From assembly GCA_963768055.1 (NCBI GenBank), contig CAVYGN010000002.1:1376001-1440000 (forward strand): a stretch of 64,000 nucleotides of DNA, read 5' to 3'. The notes under the pieces were generated by a model. That model ran no database searches. It worked only from the letters and a program-made list of their open reading frames with translations, and was not told where the DNA came from. Numbering within the stretch: the stretch's first letter is position 1; every line of letters starts with the position of its first letter. Of this stretch, positions 9,866-18,959 are shown in pieces. The position numbers and the translations under genes were made by a program. This stretch comes from an uncultured Spirochaetota bacterium (lineage in GTDB: Bacteria; Spirochaetota; Brevinematia; Brevinematales; JAOACQ01).

Positions 9866-11431
9866 ATGATAAGAAATTTGTTACCATTTGCTTTTTTATT
9901 ATTAATCGGGCTATCACCGGTATTTGCCGATGAAGCCGGCGCACCGGGATCGGTCCTCTGGACTTATAATTCGGATAAGGCTGTAACCACAAGCCTCTCA
10001 GCAGTTAACGGCAGGCTGTATTTTGGCGGATTGTCGGATAATTTGTATTCGCTTTCCGCATCTACAGGTGAAAAGTTTTGGTCCTTTAAATCCGGGAACC
10101 CCGGGAATTCTTTTGTTTCCAGCCCGTTTTATGCAAATGGAAATATATTTGTAGGTGCGAATCAATCGAAAACGATATACTGTATTGACGGATCTGCCGG
10201 CGCTGCCGTTTGGAATTTTACCTCGGGCGGCGGGATCGAATCCAGTCCTCGTGTTTTCGGGGGAAGGGTATATTTCGGGGCCGATAACAATACCCTTTAC
10301 TGCCTCGATACGGAGTACGGCGGTAAAATCTGGGAATTTATGGCAAAGGGTGTCATTCGTTCCAGTCCTCTAATTATTAGCGGAAAGGTTTATTTTGGCT
10401 CGGAAGATGGGGTCTTTTATTGTATCGATGCCGGCGACGGCCATAAGGTCTGGGAATTCCAGGCCGGAGGCCCGGTCAATTCAAGCCCCTCTTTTTCCGC
10501 TGCCAGGGTTTATTTCGGCTCAGAAAAGGGGAAAATGTTTTGCCTGGATTATATGACAGGGCATGAAATCTGGGATTTTACAGCCCGCAACGGGATTATT
10601 TCAAGCCCGGCCGTCGACGAGGGAAAGGTTATTTTCGGAAGCCTTGATAATAATCTTTACTGCCTTAATTTTATTTCCGGGAAGAAGATCTGGGAATTCA
10701 AGACAGAGAGTAATATTGTTTCTTCTCCAAGCATAGCCGACGGCAAGGTATATTTCGGAAGCCTCGATAAGAAATTCTATTGCCTGAACGAAGATACAGG
10801 CACAAATCTCTGGGAATTGGAGACAAGCGGCTCCGTCAGGTCAAGCCCTGTTATATACGACGGTAAGATTTATTTCGGGAATGATGCGGGAAGGGTTTAC
10901 TGCCTCGATAGCGGTTCGAGGGATATCGAGGGAGTAAATACCCTGGGCGGGCAGGATTATTTTATAACGGAAACAATCCTGGACACGAACTCCAATGAAG
11001 TGACAGCTGAAGATACAAATGCAGAAAATACCAATATTTCGGAAGAAACTAATACTGAAACAAATACTAATGCCGTGGAAAATACGGCTGTTGCTCCTGT
11101 AACCGTTACTAATTACATTACAAATTTCGTGACAAATTTCATAACGGTGACTGTTAAAAATAAAAGCCTTGAATCAGGTTTATCCAACCCCTCTCATTAT
11201 AAATATACGATACAGGCCGGTTCATTTAAGACTTTGAAGAACGCGAAAAAGCTGTACAATATTCTCAGGAAAAACGGCTACAACGCTTTCTATTCAGATA
11301 TCAAAATTGGAAAAACAAGGTATTACAGGGTCAGAGTCGGAAAACTGCAAACCCTGCCTGATACCGAAATATTGATACAAAAATTGACTGACGATGGATT
11401 TAAACCAGTTCTTGTTAAAATTGTCAATTAG
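9866..11431 (+). CDS. PQQ-like/BamB-type beta-propeller protein with C-terminal SPOR domain
   Basis: Signal peptide; about eight 40-aa SSP..GKVYFGS..YCLD..TG..WEF repeats; T/N/E-rich linker; YTIQAGSF...NA...YRVRVG SPOR signature. Confidence 0.85.
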   Translation: MIRNLLPFAFLLLIGLSPVFADEAGAPGSVLWTYNSDKAVTTSLSAVNGRLYFGGLSDNLYSLSASTGEKFWSFKSGNPGNSFVSSPFYANGNIFVGANQSKTIYCIDGSAGAAVWNFTSGGGIESSPRVFGGRVYFGADNNTLYCLDTEYGGKIWEFMAKGVIRSSPLIISGKVYFGSEDGVFYCIDAGDGHKVWEFQAGGPVNSSPSFSAARVYFGSEKGKMFCLDYMTGHEIWDFTARNGIISSPAVDEGKVIFGSLDNNLYCLNFISGKKIWEFKTESNIVSSPSIADGKVYFGSLDKKFYCLNEDTGTNLWELETSGSVRSSPVIYDGKIYFGNDAGRVYCLDSGSRDIEGVNTLGGQDYFITETILDTNSNEVTAEDTNAENTNISEETNTETNTNAVENTAVAPVTVTNYITNFVTNFITVTVKNKSLESGLSNPSHYKYTIQAGSFKTLKNAKKLYNILRKNGYNAFYSDIKIGKTRYYRVRVGKLQTLPDTEILIQKLTDDGFKPVLVKIVN

Positions 11432-11463
11432 ACGAATGCAAGGGGTTGGAAATATAAGGAATT

Positions 11464-12057
11464 ATGAGTATTTTTAATTCGGATAAAACAAACGAAAATC
11501 TTTTGAATGCGGTAATTGAGAAGGATGAAGGGCGGGTCTCGGCATTTCTGTCAAAGGGAGCAAATGTAAATTTTTCCGATGATGAGGGAGAGACTCCACT
11601 CATAAAAGCCTCCCGTGTTTCGAAAAGTATGGTCGAAATTCTTCTTAATAACGGTGCCGATATCAATGCCAGGGACAAGGACGGCTGGTGTGCTTTGATG
11701 TGGGCATCTGAGGCTAAAAAAAAAGATATAGTATTATTTTTGCTTGAAAAAGGCGCAGATATAGATAATCCCAATAATGATGGATGGACCCCTCTTATCG
11801 AAGCGATAATCAGCAGGAATAATGATATGGCGGGGCTTTTTATCAATAGAGGATCGAATATTGAACATGCCGACAGCGATGGAAAAACCCCGATATTCCA
11901 TTCGGTTGAAAACAGGAACATTGATGCATCCAGACTCTTAATAAGTGAAGGCGCGGCCCTGGATAAGAAAGATAATGACGGCAGGACCATCCTGTCAATT
12001 GCACAGGATAATAACGATACCAGAATGTTAGAACTGCTGAAAGGGCTGTTAAGCTGA
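11464..12057 (+). CDS. Ankyrin repeat protein
   Basis: Repeated G.TPL..A...LL..GADIN..D units. Confidence 0.9.
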   Translation: MSIFNSDKTNENLLNAVIEKDEGRVSAFLSKGANVNFSDDEGETPLIKASRVSKSMVEILLNNGADINARDKDGWCALMWASEAKKKDIVLFLLEKGADIDNPNNDGWTPLIEAIISRNNDMAGLFINRGSNIEHADSDGKTPIFHSVENRNIDASRLLISEGAALDKKDNDGRTILSIAQDNNDTRMLELLKGLLS

Positions 12058-12076
12058 ATCCCCGTTCCTCGATATT

Positions 12077-12105
12077 TTGACATATTTTGTCTTTGTTTCT
12101 ATAAT
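12077..12105 (+). promoter_or_regulatory. Consensus sigma70 promoter
   Basis: TTGACA-17 bp-TATAAT upstream of the RsbW-like gene. Confidence 0.75.
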
Positions 12106-12187
12106 TTTCCGCAAGTTTTATTAATACTCAGTCGATAAATACTGTAATCTTAACATACGCCTATATTAGCGTTTAGGAGGTTAAATT

Positions 12188-12817
12188 ATGGTCATTCAGG
12201 ACCTATACAAATATGAACAAACCGGCTGGAAAAATGAGAATACTCTCCTCTTAAAGCTTGAAGATGAAAAAGAGATCCAGATAAAACAGACATCCAGGGT
12301 CGATGATAACCATATTCTTTTTAATACGCATGGGATGTATTACAAAGAATTCCCGAGCGATTTTTCGAAAGTCAGGGCCTATACCTCATATATTATCCAA
12401 TATGCGCCTGAATTATATAAGGAAATAAACCTTCTTGAACAACAGATTAGCGAAATCGTGAAAAACGGGATAGAGCATGGTAACAAAATGGACCCCAATA
12501 AGAAAATAAAGGTGTGGTTTGATTTTAACAAAAGGGCGAAAATAATCGTCGAAGACGAAGGAAAGGGTTTCCATGTTATGGAAGATTGGAACAAATTCGC
12601 TTTGAACAGGACTATATGCCTTGTGAAACAGGATTTCGAGCATTTTGCCGAACTTGTGGCATGGTCCGGCCCGGACTCCAACGAAATGGACGGTGGCAAC
12701 GCCCTATTTGCAGCCCTCGAATACTGGAACGGCGGTTTCCTCTACAATCTCAAAGGTAATAAAGTAGCTGCAGTAAGGTATTTCCCGGATAATGTCGAAT
12801 ACAAAAATTATATTTAA
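12188..12817 (+). CDS. RsbW-like anti-sigma factor / ATP-binding (HATPase_c) protein
   Basis: SEIVKNGIEHGN (N box), VEDEGKGF (G1 box), no HisKA domain. Confidence 0.7.
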   Translation: MVIQDLYKYEQTGWKNENTLLLKLEDEKEIQIKQTSRVDDNHILFNTHGMYYKEFPSDFSKVRAYTSYIIQYAPELYKEINLLEQQISEIVKNGIEHGNKMDPNKKIKVWFDFNKRAKIIVEDEGKGFHVMEDWNKFALNRTICLVKQDFEHFAELVAWSGPDSNEMDGGNALFAALEYWNGGFLYNLKGNKVAAVRYFPDNVEYKNYI

Positions 12818-12830
12818 CTTCTAGGAATCC

Positions 12831-13859
12831 TTAATTAAGGACCTCGAAGCCTATTATCACCACATCATCCATTATCGGCGAAGGTCCCCGGAACCGGTCG
12901 AGCTTTTTCATTATATTTGTAAGCATGTCTCCGAGAGTCAGCCGGCTCTCTCCCGCTATTATATCGCAAAGATTCCTGATACCCAGGAGATTGTTGTCGG
13001 GATCGGTCATTTCATAAGCCCCGTCGGTATAAAGGAAAAGCCTGTCTCCTTTCTGGAGGTACAGTTCATGCTCTTCATAAGTCATTTTATTGGAAACTCC
13101 AAGTATTCCGCCTCCGGAGTTGAGAATTTCGATCTGGCCTGTGTTTTTCCTGAATAAAATCGGCGGCGGATGCCCTCCCTTGGTAAAATTGAAGATAACG
13201 CCCTGGTCTTTCGGGTTAAAATGGAAATGACCATAAACGGCTGTCAGAAAATGAGTTGTCATATTATTCAGGAGGCTGTTATTGAGGCGGGTCATAAATT
13301 CACCTGGTTTGAGCCCGTAATGCCGGCATGCCCTGTCTGCAAAAGCCTTCACGAGAGCGAGGAAGAGTGCCGCTGAAACCCCATGACCCATGATATCGCC
13401 CAGGAATACGCCCAGCCCTCCCTCCCTGAATAGGGTAAACGAGAAGTAATCCCCTCCGACAGTTTCCAGAGGAACATACCTGTAGTCTATTTTAAGTCTT
13501 TCAAAATTGGGGATGTGGCTTGGAAGCAGCGCGTTCTGTATCAATTGGGCGTTTTTTAGGTCCTGTTCGATCATCTCCGTCCTGTGCATCAATTCTTTTT
13601 CGCTTTTAAAGAGGGCCTCTTCAACCGATTTATCGGTGCAGACTGTTTCAAGGTATAATTTACCGTCATCCCGGGCACCAAGAACGATAATATCGAAGCC
13701 CTCGTTCTTCATTTTACTGAGGGCTTCCGAGTAGTTGCTTACCTTGTCCAGCCTTTTAATCGTAAATGAAACAAGGGGCTGAAGGAGGTTTTCAGCCATA
13801 GAATCTCCTTCGATATACACCACAGATAACATCTTTTTAAAATTATCGTTTGAGGCCAT
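12831..13859 (-). CDS. PP2C/SpoIIE (RsbU-like) phosphatase with degenerate N-terminal receiver remnant
   Basis: AQLIQNALLP, VGGDYF, GDIMGHGVSAAL, GHPPP, LYTDG, DD.VI. Confidence 0.88.
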   Translation of the reverse strand: MASNDNFKKMLSVVYIEGDSMAENLLQPLVSFTIKRLDKVSNYSEALSKMKNEGFDIIVLGARDDGKLYLETVCTDKSVEEALFKSEKELMHRTEMIEQDLKNAQLIQNALLPSHIPNFERLKIDYRYVPLETVGGDYFSFTLFREGGLGVFLGDIMGHGVSAALFLALVKAFADRACRHYGLKPGEFMTRLNNSLLNNMTTHFLTAVYGHFHFNPKDQGVIFNFTKGGHPPPILFRKNTGQIEILNSGGGILGVSNKMTYEEHELYLQKGDRLFLYTDGAYEMTDPDNNLLGIRNLCDIIAGESRLTLGDMLTNIMKKLDRFRGPSPIMDDVVIIGFEVLN

Positions 13860-13870
13860 ATTAATCCCCT

Positions 13871-13930
13871 GGCACTACTTATCCGGCCCTCACCAGTTTG
13901 CCTGGTGAGGGCCGGTTATTAGAAGTGCCC
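13871..13930 (-). repeat. Structured repeat family B, copy 1
   Basis: Minus strand reads GGGCACTTCTAATAACC-[perfect GC-rich stem]-GGATAAGTAGTGCC; homologues at 14969-15082 and 31755-31800. Confidence 0.8.
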
Positions 13931-14536
13931 TTAAATTATAATTGATTTTGAAGGATAATCAAGTCGAATATCATAACGGTTTGCAGGCGGCAGGCGGACT
14001 TCTTCAGGGTTTATTTTTATACCGCTGCCGGTAATACCCAGGGAAAACTTTTCGTTTTTTCCGTTTCTGTTGACAGAGACGACGACCTTCTCTTCACCGA
14101 GGTCGAAAACCTGGCCATTATAAAGGCTTTCAACTCCATCCGTGTTTCCTGAAACGAGCCTGTAAAATCCGGGCACATATCTTTCTTCATGCTGGAGGAC
14201 AGTATCCTCGATATAGGCGATATCTTTCGGAGGGGCGAAAAATCTCGCTTTTTTATTCCGGTACTGGATTATTGAATTAAGCCCGATATGTTCAGGCCTT
14301 GAGGACATATTTACCACAAAATCAAGATCGGAATAATTCAAGCCGGCAGTTTCAAAAAGCGCTTCGAGGTCGCTCTGGCTTTCAATTACACCTGAATTAA
14401 CGAGCATTTTTCTGGTATAACCGAGCAGTACGAAATACGAACTCTTTGACAGGGACTTCCCGTAAGGGAGAATAATCCTGTAGCTGAACACAGTGTAAAA
14501 GACGCTTTCATTTAAACCCGTTCTCAGGAAAACCAT
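13931..14536 (-). CDS. Metallo-beta-lactamase-fold protein with degenerate metal-binding motif
   Basis: MLVNSG (cf. LIDTG) and DLDFVVNMSSRPEHIG (cf. THxHxDHxG); GQVFDLG; GGAGG RBS. Confidence 0.6.
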   Translation of the reverse strand: MVFLRTGLNESVFYTVFSYRIILPYGKSLSKSSYFVLLGYTRKMLVNSGVIESQSDLEALFETAGLNYSDLDFVVNMSSRPEHIGLNSIIQYRNKKARFFAPPKDIAYIEDTVLQHEERYVPGFYRLVSGNTDGVESLYNGQVFDLGEEKVVVSVNRNGKNEKFSLGITGSGIKINPEEVRLPPANRYDIRLDYPSKSIII

Positions 14537-14568
14537 AACAGCCTCCGAATATTAAATTGGATTAGAAC

Positions 14569-14608
14569 AAAAAAAAACCCGCGGGCGCCTTGCGGGCCTG
14601 CGGGTTTT
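14569..14608 (-). terminator. Intrinsic terminator of a putative attenuator
   Basis: Minus strand CCCGCAGGCCC-GCAA-GGCGCCCGCGGG followed by T9, about 30 nt upstream of the MBL-fold start codon. Confidence 0.8.
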
Positions 14609-14625
14609 ATAATATTTTAAGCCTT

Positions 14626-14739
14626 TTATGGGCATAAAATATTACTTTCCGGGAACAGGCCGCCCATTTCAAAATCGACATAAATAAGCGCTGACTTGCA
14701 GATAAGCATTGCTACAAAAGATCTGTTCACGGAAATCAT
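14626..14739 (-). CDS. Putative attenuator leader peptide, 37 aa (MISVNRSFVAMLICKSALIYVDFEMGGLFPESNILCP)
   Basis: AGAGGT RBS, ATG at 14739, TAA at 14628-14626, directly followed by the terminator; absent from the ORF track. Confidence 0.6.
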   Translation of the reverse strand: MISVNRSFVAMLICKSALIYVDFEMGGLFPESNILCP

Positions 14740-14968
14740 AATATACCTCTAATATTATATCGGAAATATTCTACCACCAATAAATTATTTTGTCAAATAG
14801 CGATTGTAAAAAATAATTTTATTATTTATTCTTAAGGGCGGTTCCAATAACTACGAATGTTGTTAACAATTAACATTCTAATTATTTATAATCCGTCCAA
14901 TGGGCCCTAGTGCCTGTCCTGGAGCCAGTCACCAGGACAGGTGCATTTATACTTGCGTATAAACGCAA

Positions 14969-15082
14969 GCACTACCTATCAGCCTTGCCTGTACCGGCTC
15001 TTGTGCCCGTAAGGGTACTTGTGCCCGAAGGGTATGTCCGGTAAAAAGGCTATGTCCTGTAAGGAGGTTATTAGAAGTGCCC
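14969..15082 (-). repeat. Structured repeat family B, copy 2 (long internal arm with tandem CTTGTGCCCG(T)AAGGGTA)
   Basis: 26 nt identical to 13914-13939 at 15066-15091; other end GCACTACCTATC at 14969-14980. Confidence 0.75.
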
Positions 15083-15128
15083 TTAAATTATTTTTTATTC
15101 AATGTTTGATAAAATTTATCCGTTTGAT

Positions 15129-15165
15129 ACTTTATAAATATTATTTTAAAAGATGTTTAATTATT
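15129..15165. promoter_or_regulatory. Candidate XylR (ROK) operator(s) upstream of xylA
   Basis: ACTTTATAAA-N5-TTTTAAAAGA (15129-15153) and overlapping TTATTTTAAA-N5-TTTAATTATT (15141-15165), abutting the -35. Confidence 0.6.
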
Positions 15166-15193
15166 TGACATAGATATTAATAAATGATATAAT
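15165..15193 (+). promoter_or_regulatory. sigma70 promoter of xylA
   Basis: TTGACA-17 bp-TATAAT with TGn extended -10. Confidence 0.8.
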
Positions 15194-15222
15194 ATTTTAC
15201 TTTATTATGAAGAGAAGATTAA

Positions 15223-16545
15223 ATGGATGAATATTTTAGAGATGTGAAAGTTATTCAATTCGAAGGCCCGGGGTCGAAAAATCCGCTGAGTTTCAAGTAT
15301 TATAATGCCGAAGAAAAAATCGGCGGAAAAACTATGAAAGACCATCTAAGGTTTTCCGTAGCTTACTGGCATACCATGACAGGAGCGGGCACCGATCCTT
15401 TCGGTTCCGGGACGATGATCAGGCCATGGGATGATGTAAGCGACCCGATGGAAAAGGCAATGGTCAGGATGCGTGTGAATTTCGAATTCATAGAAAAGCT
15501 TGGCATCCCTTTCTACTGTTTTCATGACCGTGATATAGCACCTGAAGCTGATACGCTGACTCAATCCAACCTGCGCATTGACGAAATAGTCAAACTTGCA
15601 GGGGAATTACAAAAAGCATCGGGGATAAAACTTTTATGGGGAACAGCGAATTTGTTCAACAATCCCCGCTACGTACATGGAGCGTCGACCTCCTGTAATG
15701 CTGATGTTTTCGCATTTGCTGCGGCCCAGGTAAAAAAAGCCATTGAAGTTACAATGGAACTTGGAGGCGAGAACTATGTCTTCTGGGGCGGCCGCGAAGG
15801 ATACGAAACACTTCTCAATACAGATCTCAAGCTTGAACTGGATAATTTTGCACGATTCCTTGGTATGGCTGTAGATTACGCTAAAAAGATAGGCTTCAAG
15901 GGACAATTCCTTATCGAACCGAAACCGAAGGAGCCGACAAAGCACCAGTACGATTTCGATGCTGCTACAGTGATCGGTTTTCTAAAAACCTACGGGCTGG
16001 ATAAAAACTTCAAGCTGAATATTGAAGTAAATCATGCCACCCTTGCAGGGCACACTTTCCAGCATGAACTGAACCTTGCCAGGATCAATGGAATGCTTGG
16101 TTCTATTGATGCAAACCAGGGTGATCTGCTCCTTGGCTGGGATACAGACCAGTTCCCTACCGATTTGAATACTACCGCCCTGGCAATGGTAGAGATTTTG
16201 AAAAACGGAGGGCTGGGCTCCGGAGGGACAAATTTCGATGCGAAGGTCCGGAGGGGTTCGTTTGAACCCATCGATCTTTTTTATTCCCACATAGCCGGAA
16301 TGGACACTTTCGCCAGGGGCCTTAAAGTGGCGAAAAAGCTGATTGATGATAAAGTCCTCGATCAATTTATTAATAATAGATACTCAAGTTACAAAACTGG
16401 CATAGGCAGTGACATAGTAAACGGTAAAGCGGATTTCTCAACTCTTGAAAAATATGCCCTTTCAAATGAAAAGATCACAAACATATCCGGAAGGCAGGAA
16501 ATGCTCGAGGCTATCGTTAACCAATATATTCTCGAAACAAAATAG
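15223..16545 (+). CDS. xylA: Xylose isomerase (class II)
   Basis: [52 protein letters not shown]. Confidence 0.98.
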   Translation: MDEYFRDVKVIQFEGPGSKNPLSFKYYNAEEKIGGKTMKDHLRFSVAYWHTMTGAGTDPFGSGTMIRPWDDVSDPMEKAMVRMRVNFEFIEKLGIPFYCFHDRDIAPEADTLTQSNLRIDEIVKLAGELQKASGIKLLWGTANLFNNPRYVHGASTSCNADVFAFAAAQVKKAIEVTMELGGENYVFWGGREGYETLLNTDLKLELDNFARFLGMAVDYAKKIGFKGQFLIEPKPKEPTKHQYDFDAATVIGFLKTYGLDKNFKLNIEVNHATLAGHTFQHELNLARINGMLGSIDANQGDLLLGWDTDQFPTDLNTTALAMVEILKNGGLGSGGTNFDAKVRRGSFEPIDLFYSHIAGMDTFARGLKVAKKLIDDKVLDQFINNRYSSYKTGIGSDIVNGKADFSTLEKYALSNEKITNISGRQEMLEAIVNQYILETK

Positions 16546-16578
16546 TATCAAAGCAAAATATTTTCCGGAAGGCATTTG

Positions 16579-17745
16579 ATGATTTCGCCTGTCATAAACC
16601 ATGAAGCGATCAAAAATTATAACCGTAGGAAGATCTTAAGTCTTTTATCTGTCAAAAGGGAATTGACAAGGCATGCTATTTCTTTAAGTACGGGCATAAG
16701 TATACCAACGATCACCATTAACATACAGGAATTGATTGAAGAAGGTCTTGTCGAGGAAGCGGGTAAAGCGGCGTCAACCGGAGGCCGAAAGGCGCGCATC
16801 GTGCGTTATCTGCCTGACGCGCTTGTTTCGTTCGGGGTTGAAATTAAGCCGGAAAAAGTCAGAATTCTCCTTTCTAACCTGGATCTGGAAGTCCGCTTTG
16901 AAACAGAGCTTAAAATGGAACCCTTCGGCCGTATCGACGATGTTTTGAAACAGACCTCGGCCGAAATCGAACGGATTCTGCTATCGCAGCAGATACCGGC
17001 TGAAAAGGTCCTTGGCGTCGGCTTTTCGCTTCCAGGCACTGTAAATCAGGAAAAGATGACGCTGGAACTGGCGCCCAATCTGGGAATGAAAGACATCCTG
17101 TTCAAGCCGTTTGAAAATGTATTCCGCTACCCGATATTTATCGAAAATGAAGCGAACGCAGGCGCGCTTGCTGAAATGAAACTTGGAAAATCAATAAAAT
17201 CGGACGAACTGGTTTATGTCTCGGTTGCCAGGGGAATCGGAACCGGGATCATTATTCATGGAAATTTATATAAGGGAAAAAACCAGCGCGCGGGCGAGTT
17301 CGGGCACATGATGATCATCCCCGGAGGAAAACTTTGCAATTGCGGCCGTAAAGGCTGCTGGGAGCTTTATGCCTCGGAAAAAGCCCTTATGGACCGCTTT
17401 ATTGCATCCTGGGGCGTACAGAATTCAACCGCTTATTCCATTTCAGATTTAGTCAAATCTTTAAAATCAGGTGAAAAAGCGACCCTCAGTTTATGGAACG
17501 AATACCTGGATTATTTCGCTTTCGGAATTCAAAACATCATGCTGGGGCTTGACCCTCAGGCTATTTTGATAGGCGGGGAAATAGGATCATTCGGTGATAT
17601 GCTCATCGAACCTCTGAAAGAGAGGGTGTTTACACCGCGGGGATTCGAGGGGGCCGGTGATGTCTTAATTACCCTTTCGAAACTCGGATCGCGGGCGCCG
17701 GCGCTCGGGGCAGCTTTACTTCCCATCCAGGAATACCTGAAATAA
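16579..17745 (+). CDS. xylR: ROK family transcriptional repressor (XylR-like)
   Basis: N-terminal wHTH with STGGRK, ENEANAGALAE, GEFGHM, CNCGRKGCWE; directly after xylA. Confidence 0.88.
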   Translation: MISPVINHEAIKNYNRRKILSLLSVKRELTRHAISLSTGISIPTITINIQELIEEGLVEEAGKAASTGGRKARIVRYLPDALVSFGVEIKPEKVRILLSNLDLEVRFETELKMEPFGRIDDVLKQTSAEIERILLSQQIPAEKVLGVGFSLPGTVNQEKMTLELAPNLGMKDILFKPFENVFRYPIFIENEANAGALAEMKLGKSIKSDELVYVSVARGIGTGIIIHGNLYKGKNQRAGEFGHMMIIPGGKLCNCGRKGCWELYASEKALMDRFIASWGVQNSTAYSISDLVKSLKSGEKATLSLWNEYLDYFAFGIQNIMLGLDPQAILIGGEIGSFGDMLIEPLKERVFTPRGFEGAGDVLITLSKLGSRAPALGAALLPIQEYLK

Positions 17746-17768
17746 CTGACGCGATAAGAGCGGAAATA

Positions 17769-18959
17769 TCAAGCAAGCCCGGATTTGCGGCGGGTGTAGA
17801 TATCGTATAGAACGGCCAGCAGAAGAACGCTGGCCTTGACGACATACTGCCAGTGAGCGCTGATATTCATCAGCGACATCCCGTTGTTTATCGACGCCAT
17901 TACAAGCCCGCCGGTTATTGCCCCTATAATAGTGCCGATTCCGCCCGAAGTCGACGCCCCCCCTATAAAACAGGCGCCGATGGCGTCGAGCTCGAAAAGG
18001 TTCCCGGCCTGCGGCAGCGCGGAATCCATGTATGCGGCGAAAATAACACCGGCCAGTCCGCAAAGCCCGCCCATTATAACATGTACTGTGAAGACCACAC
18101 GCTCTGTATTTATGCCCGACAGCTTTGCCGAACGCGCGTTCCCGCCTACAGCGTAGATGTAGCGGCCGAGAATCGTATTATTTGAGATAAAACTAAAGAG
18201 CGCAATGGTTATTCCTAAAAAAATTGCAACTATAGGCATGCCGCGGTAAGTAGCGAACTTCCAGGACAGAGCCCCTATAAAAAGGCCGATAAATAGAATT
18301 CTCGCCATAAATAATCCGATAGATATCACAGCAAAATTATAACGTTTCTTGTTATTTCGTGAAATGATTTCAAAAATTATATAAACGATGAAAACCAGGG
18401 CGCCTATGAGCAGCGCGGTATAATATACGTTATCTATTGTAAGCTCCGGTATATTGACCATGCCGGTAGCGATCTGTTTGAACTGGTCATCCTTGAGGGA
18501 GATCGGTGTTACATTGGTTATGATATATGTCAAACCGCGGAAAAGCAGCATTCCGGCGAGAGTTACAATAAACGCCGGTATCCTGAGATATGCAACCCAA
18601 TAACCCTGGAATGCGCCGATAAGAACACCGATGAAAATAGTCAGGACTACCGTGGAGAACATGCCGATTCCGGTATTATATAGAATGGCGCCTATCGCTC
18701 CGGTCATCGCGCAGAAGGACCCGACAGAAAGATCGATATTCCCGATAATGATAACCAGCATCATTCCTACTGCAAGCAGCAGGATATAGCTGTTCTGCAT
18801 AAAGATATTTGTTATATTGCGCGAACTCAAATTTATGCCGTTTGTCAAAAATGCAAAGCCGATCAGAATCAACGCTAACATTAGGATCATGGAATAATTA
18901 CGGATATTGCTTAAGAGCAATGAGCTTAATGAGGTTTTTTGCGATCCGCCGTCACTCAT
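17769..18959 (-). CDS. xylH: Monosaccharide ABC transporter permease (XylH/GguB)
   Basis: IDLSVGS, IPAFIVTLAG, GRYIYAVGGN, ELDAIGACFIGG. Confidence 0.9.
   Translation of the reverse strand: MSDGGSQKTSLSSLLLSNIRNYSMILMLALILIGFAFLTNGINLSSRNITNIFMQNSYILLLAVGMMLVIIIGNIDLSVGSFCAMTGAIGAILYNTGIGMFSTVVLTIFIGVLIGAFQGYWVAYLRIPAFIVTLAGMLLFRGLTYIITNVTPISLKDDQFKQIATGMVNIPELTIDNVYYTALLIGALVFIVYIIFEIISRNNKKRYNFAVISIGLFMARILFIGLFIGALSWKFATYRGMPIVAIFLGITIALFSFISNNTILGRYIYAVGGNARSAKLSGINTERVVFTVHVIMGGLCGLAGVIFAAYMDSALPQAGNLFELDAIGACFIGGASTSGGIGTIIGAITGGLVMASINNGMSLMNISAHWQYVVKASVLLLAVLYDIYTRRKSGLA

Noticed and set aside
14969..15091. CRISPR array from short direct repeats
   Set aside because: Only two adjacent units with no spacers; other copies are kilobases apart; no cas genes.
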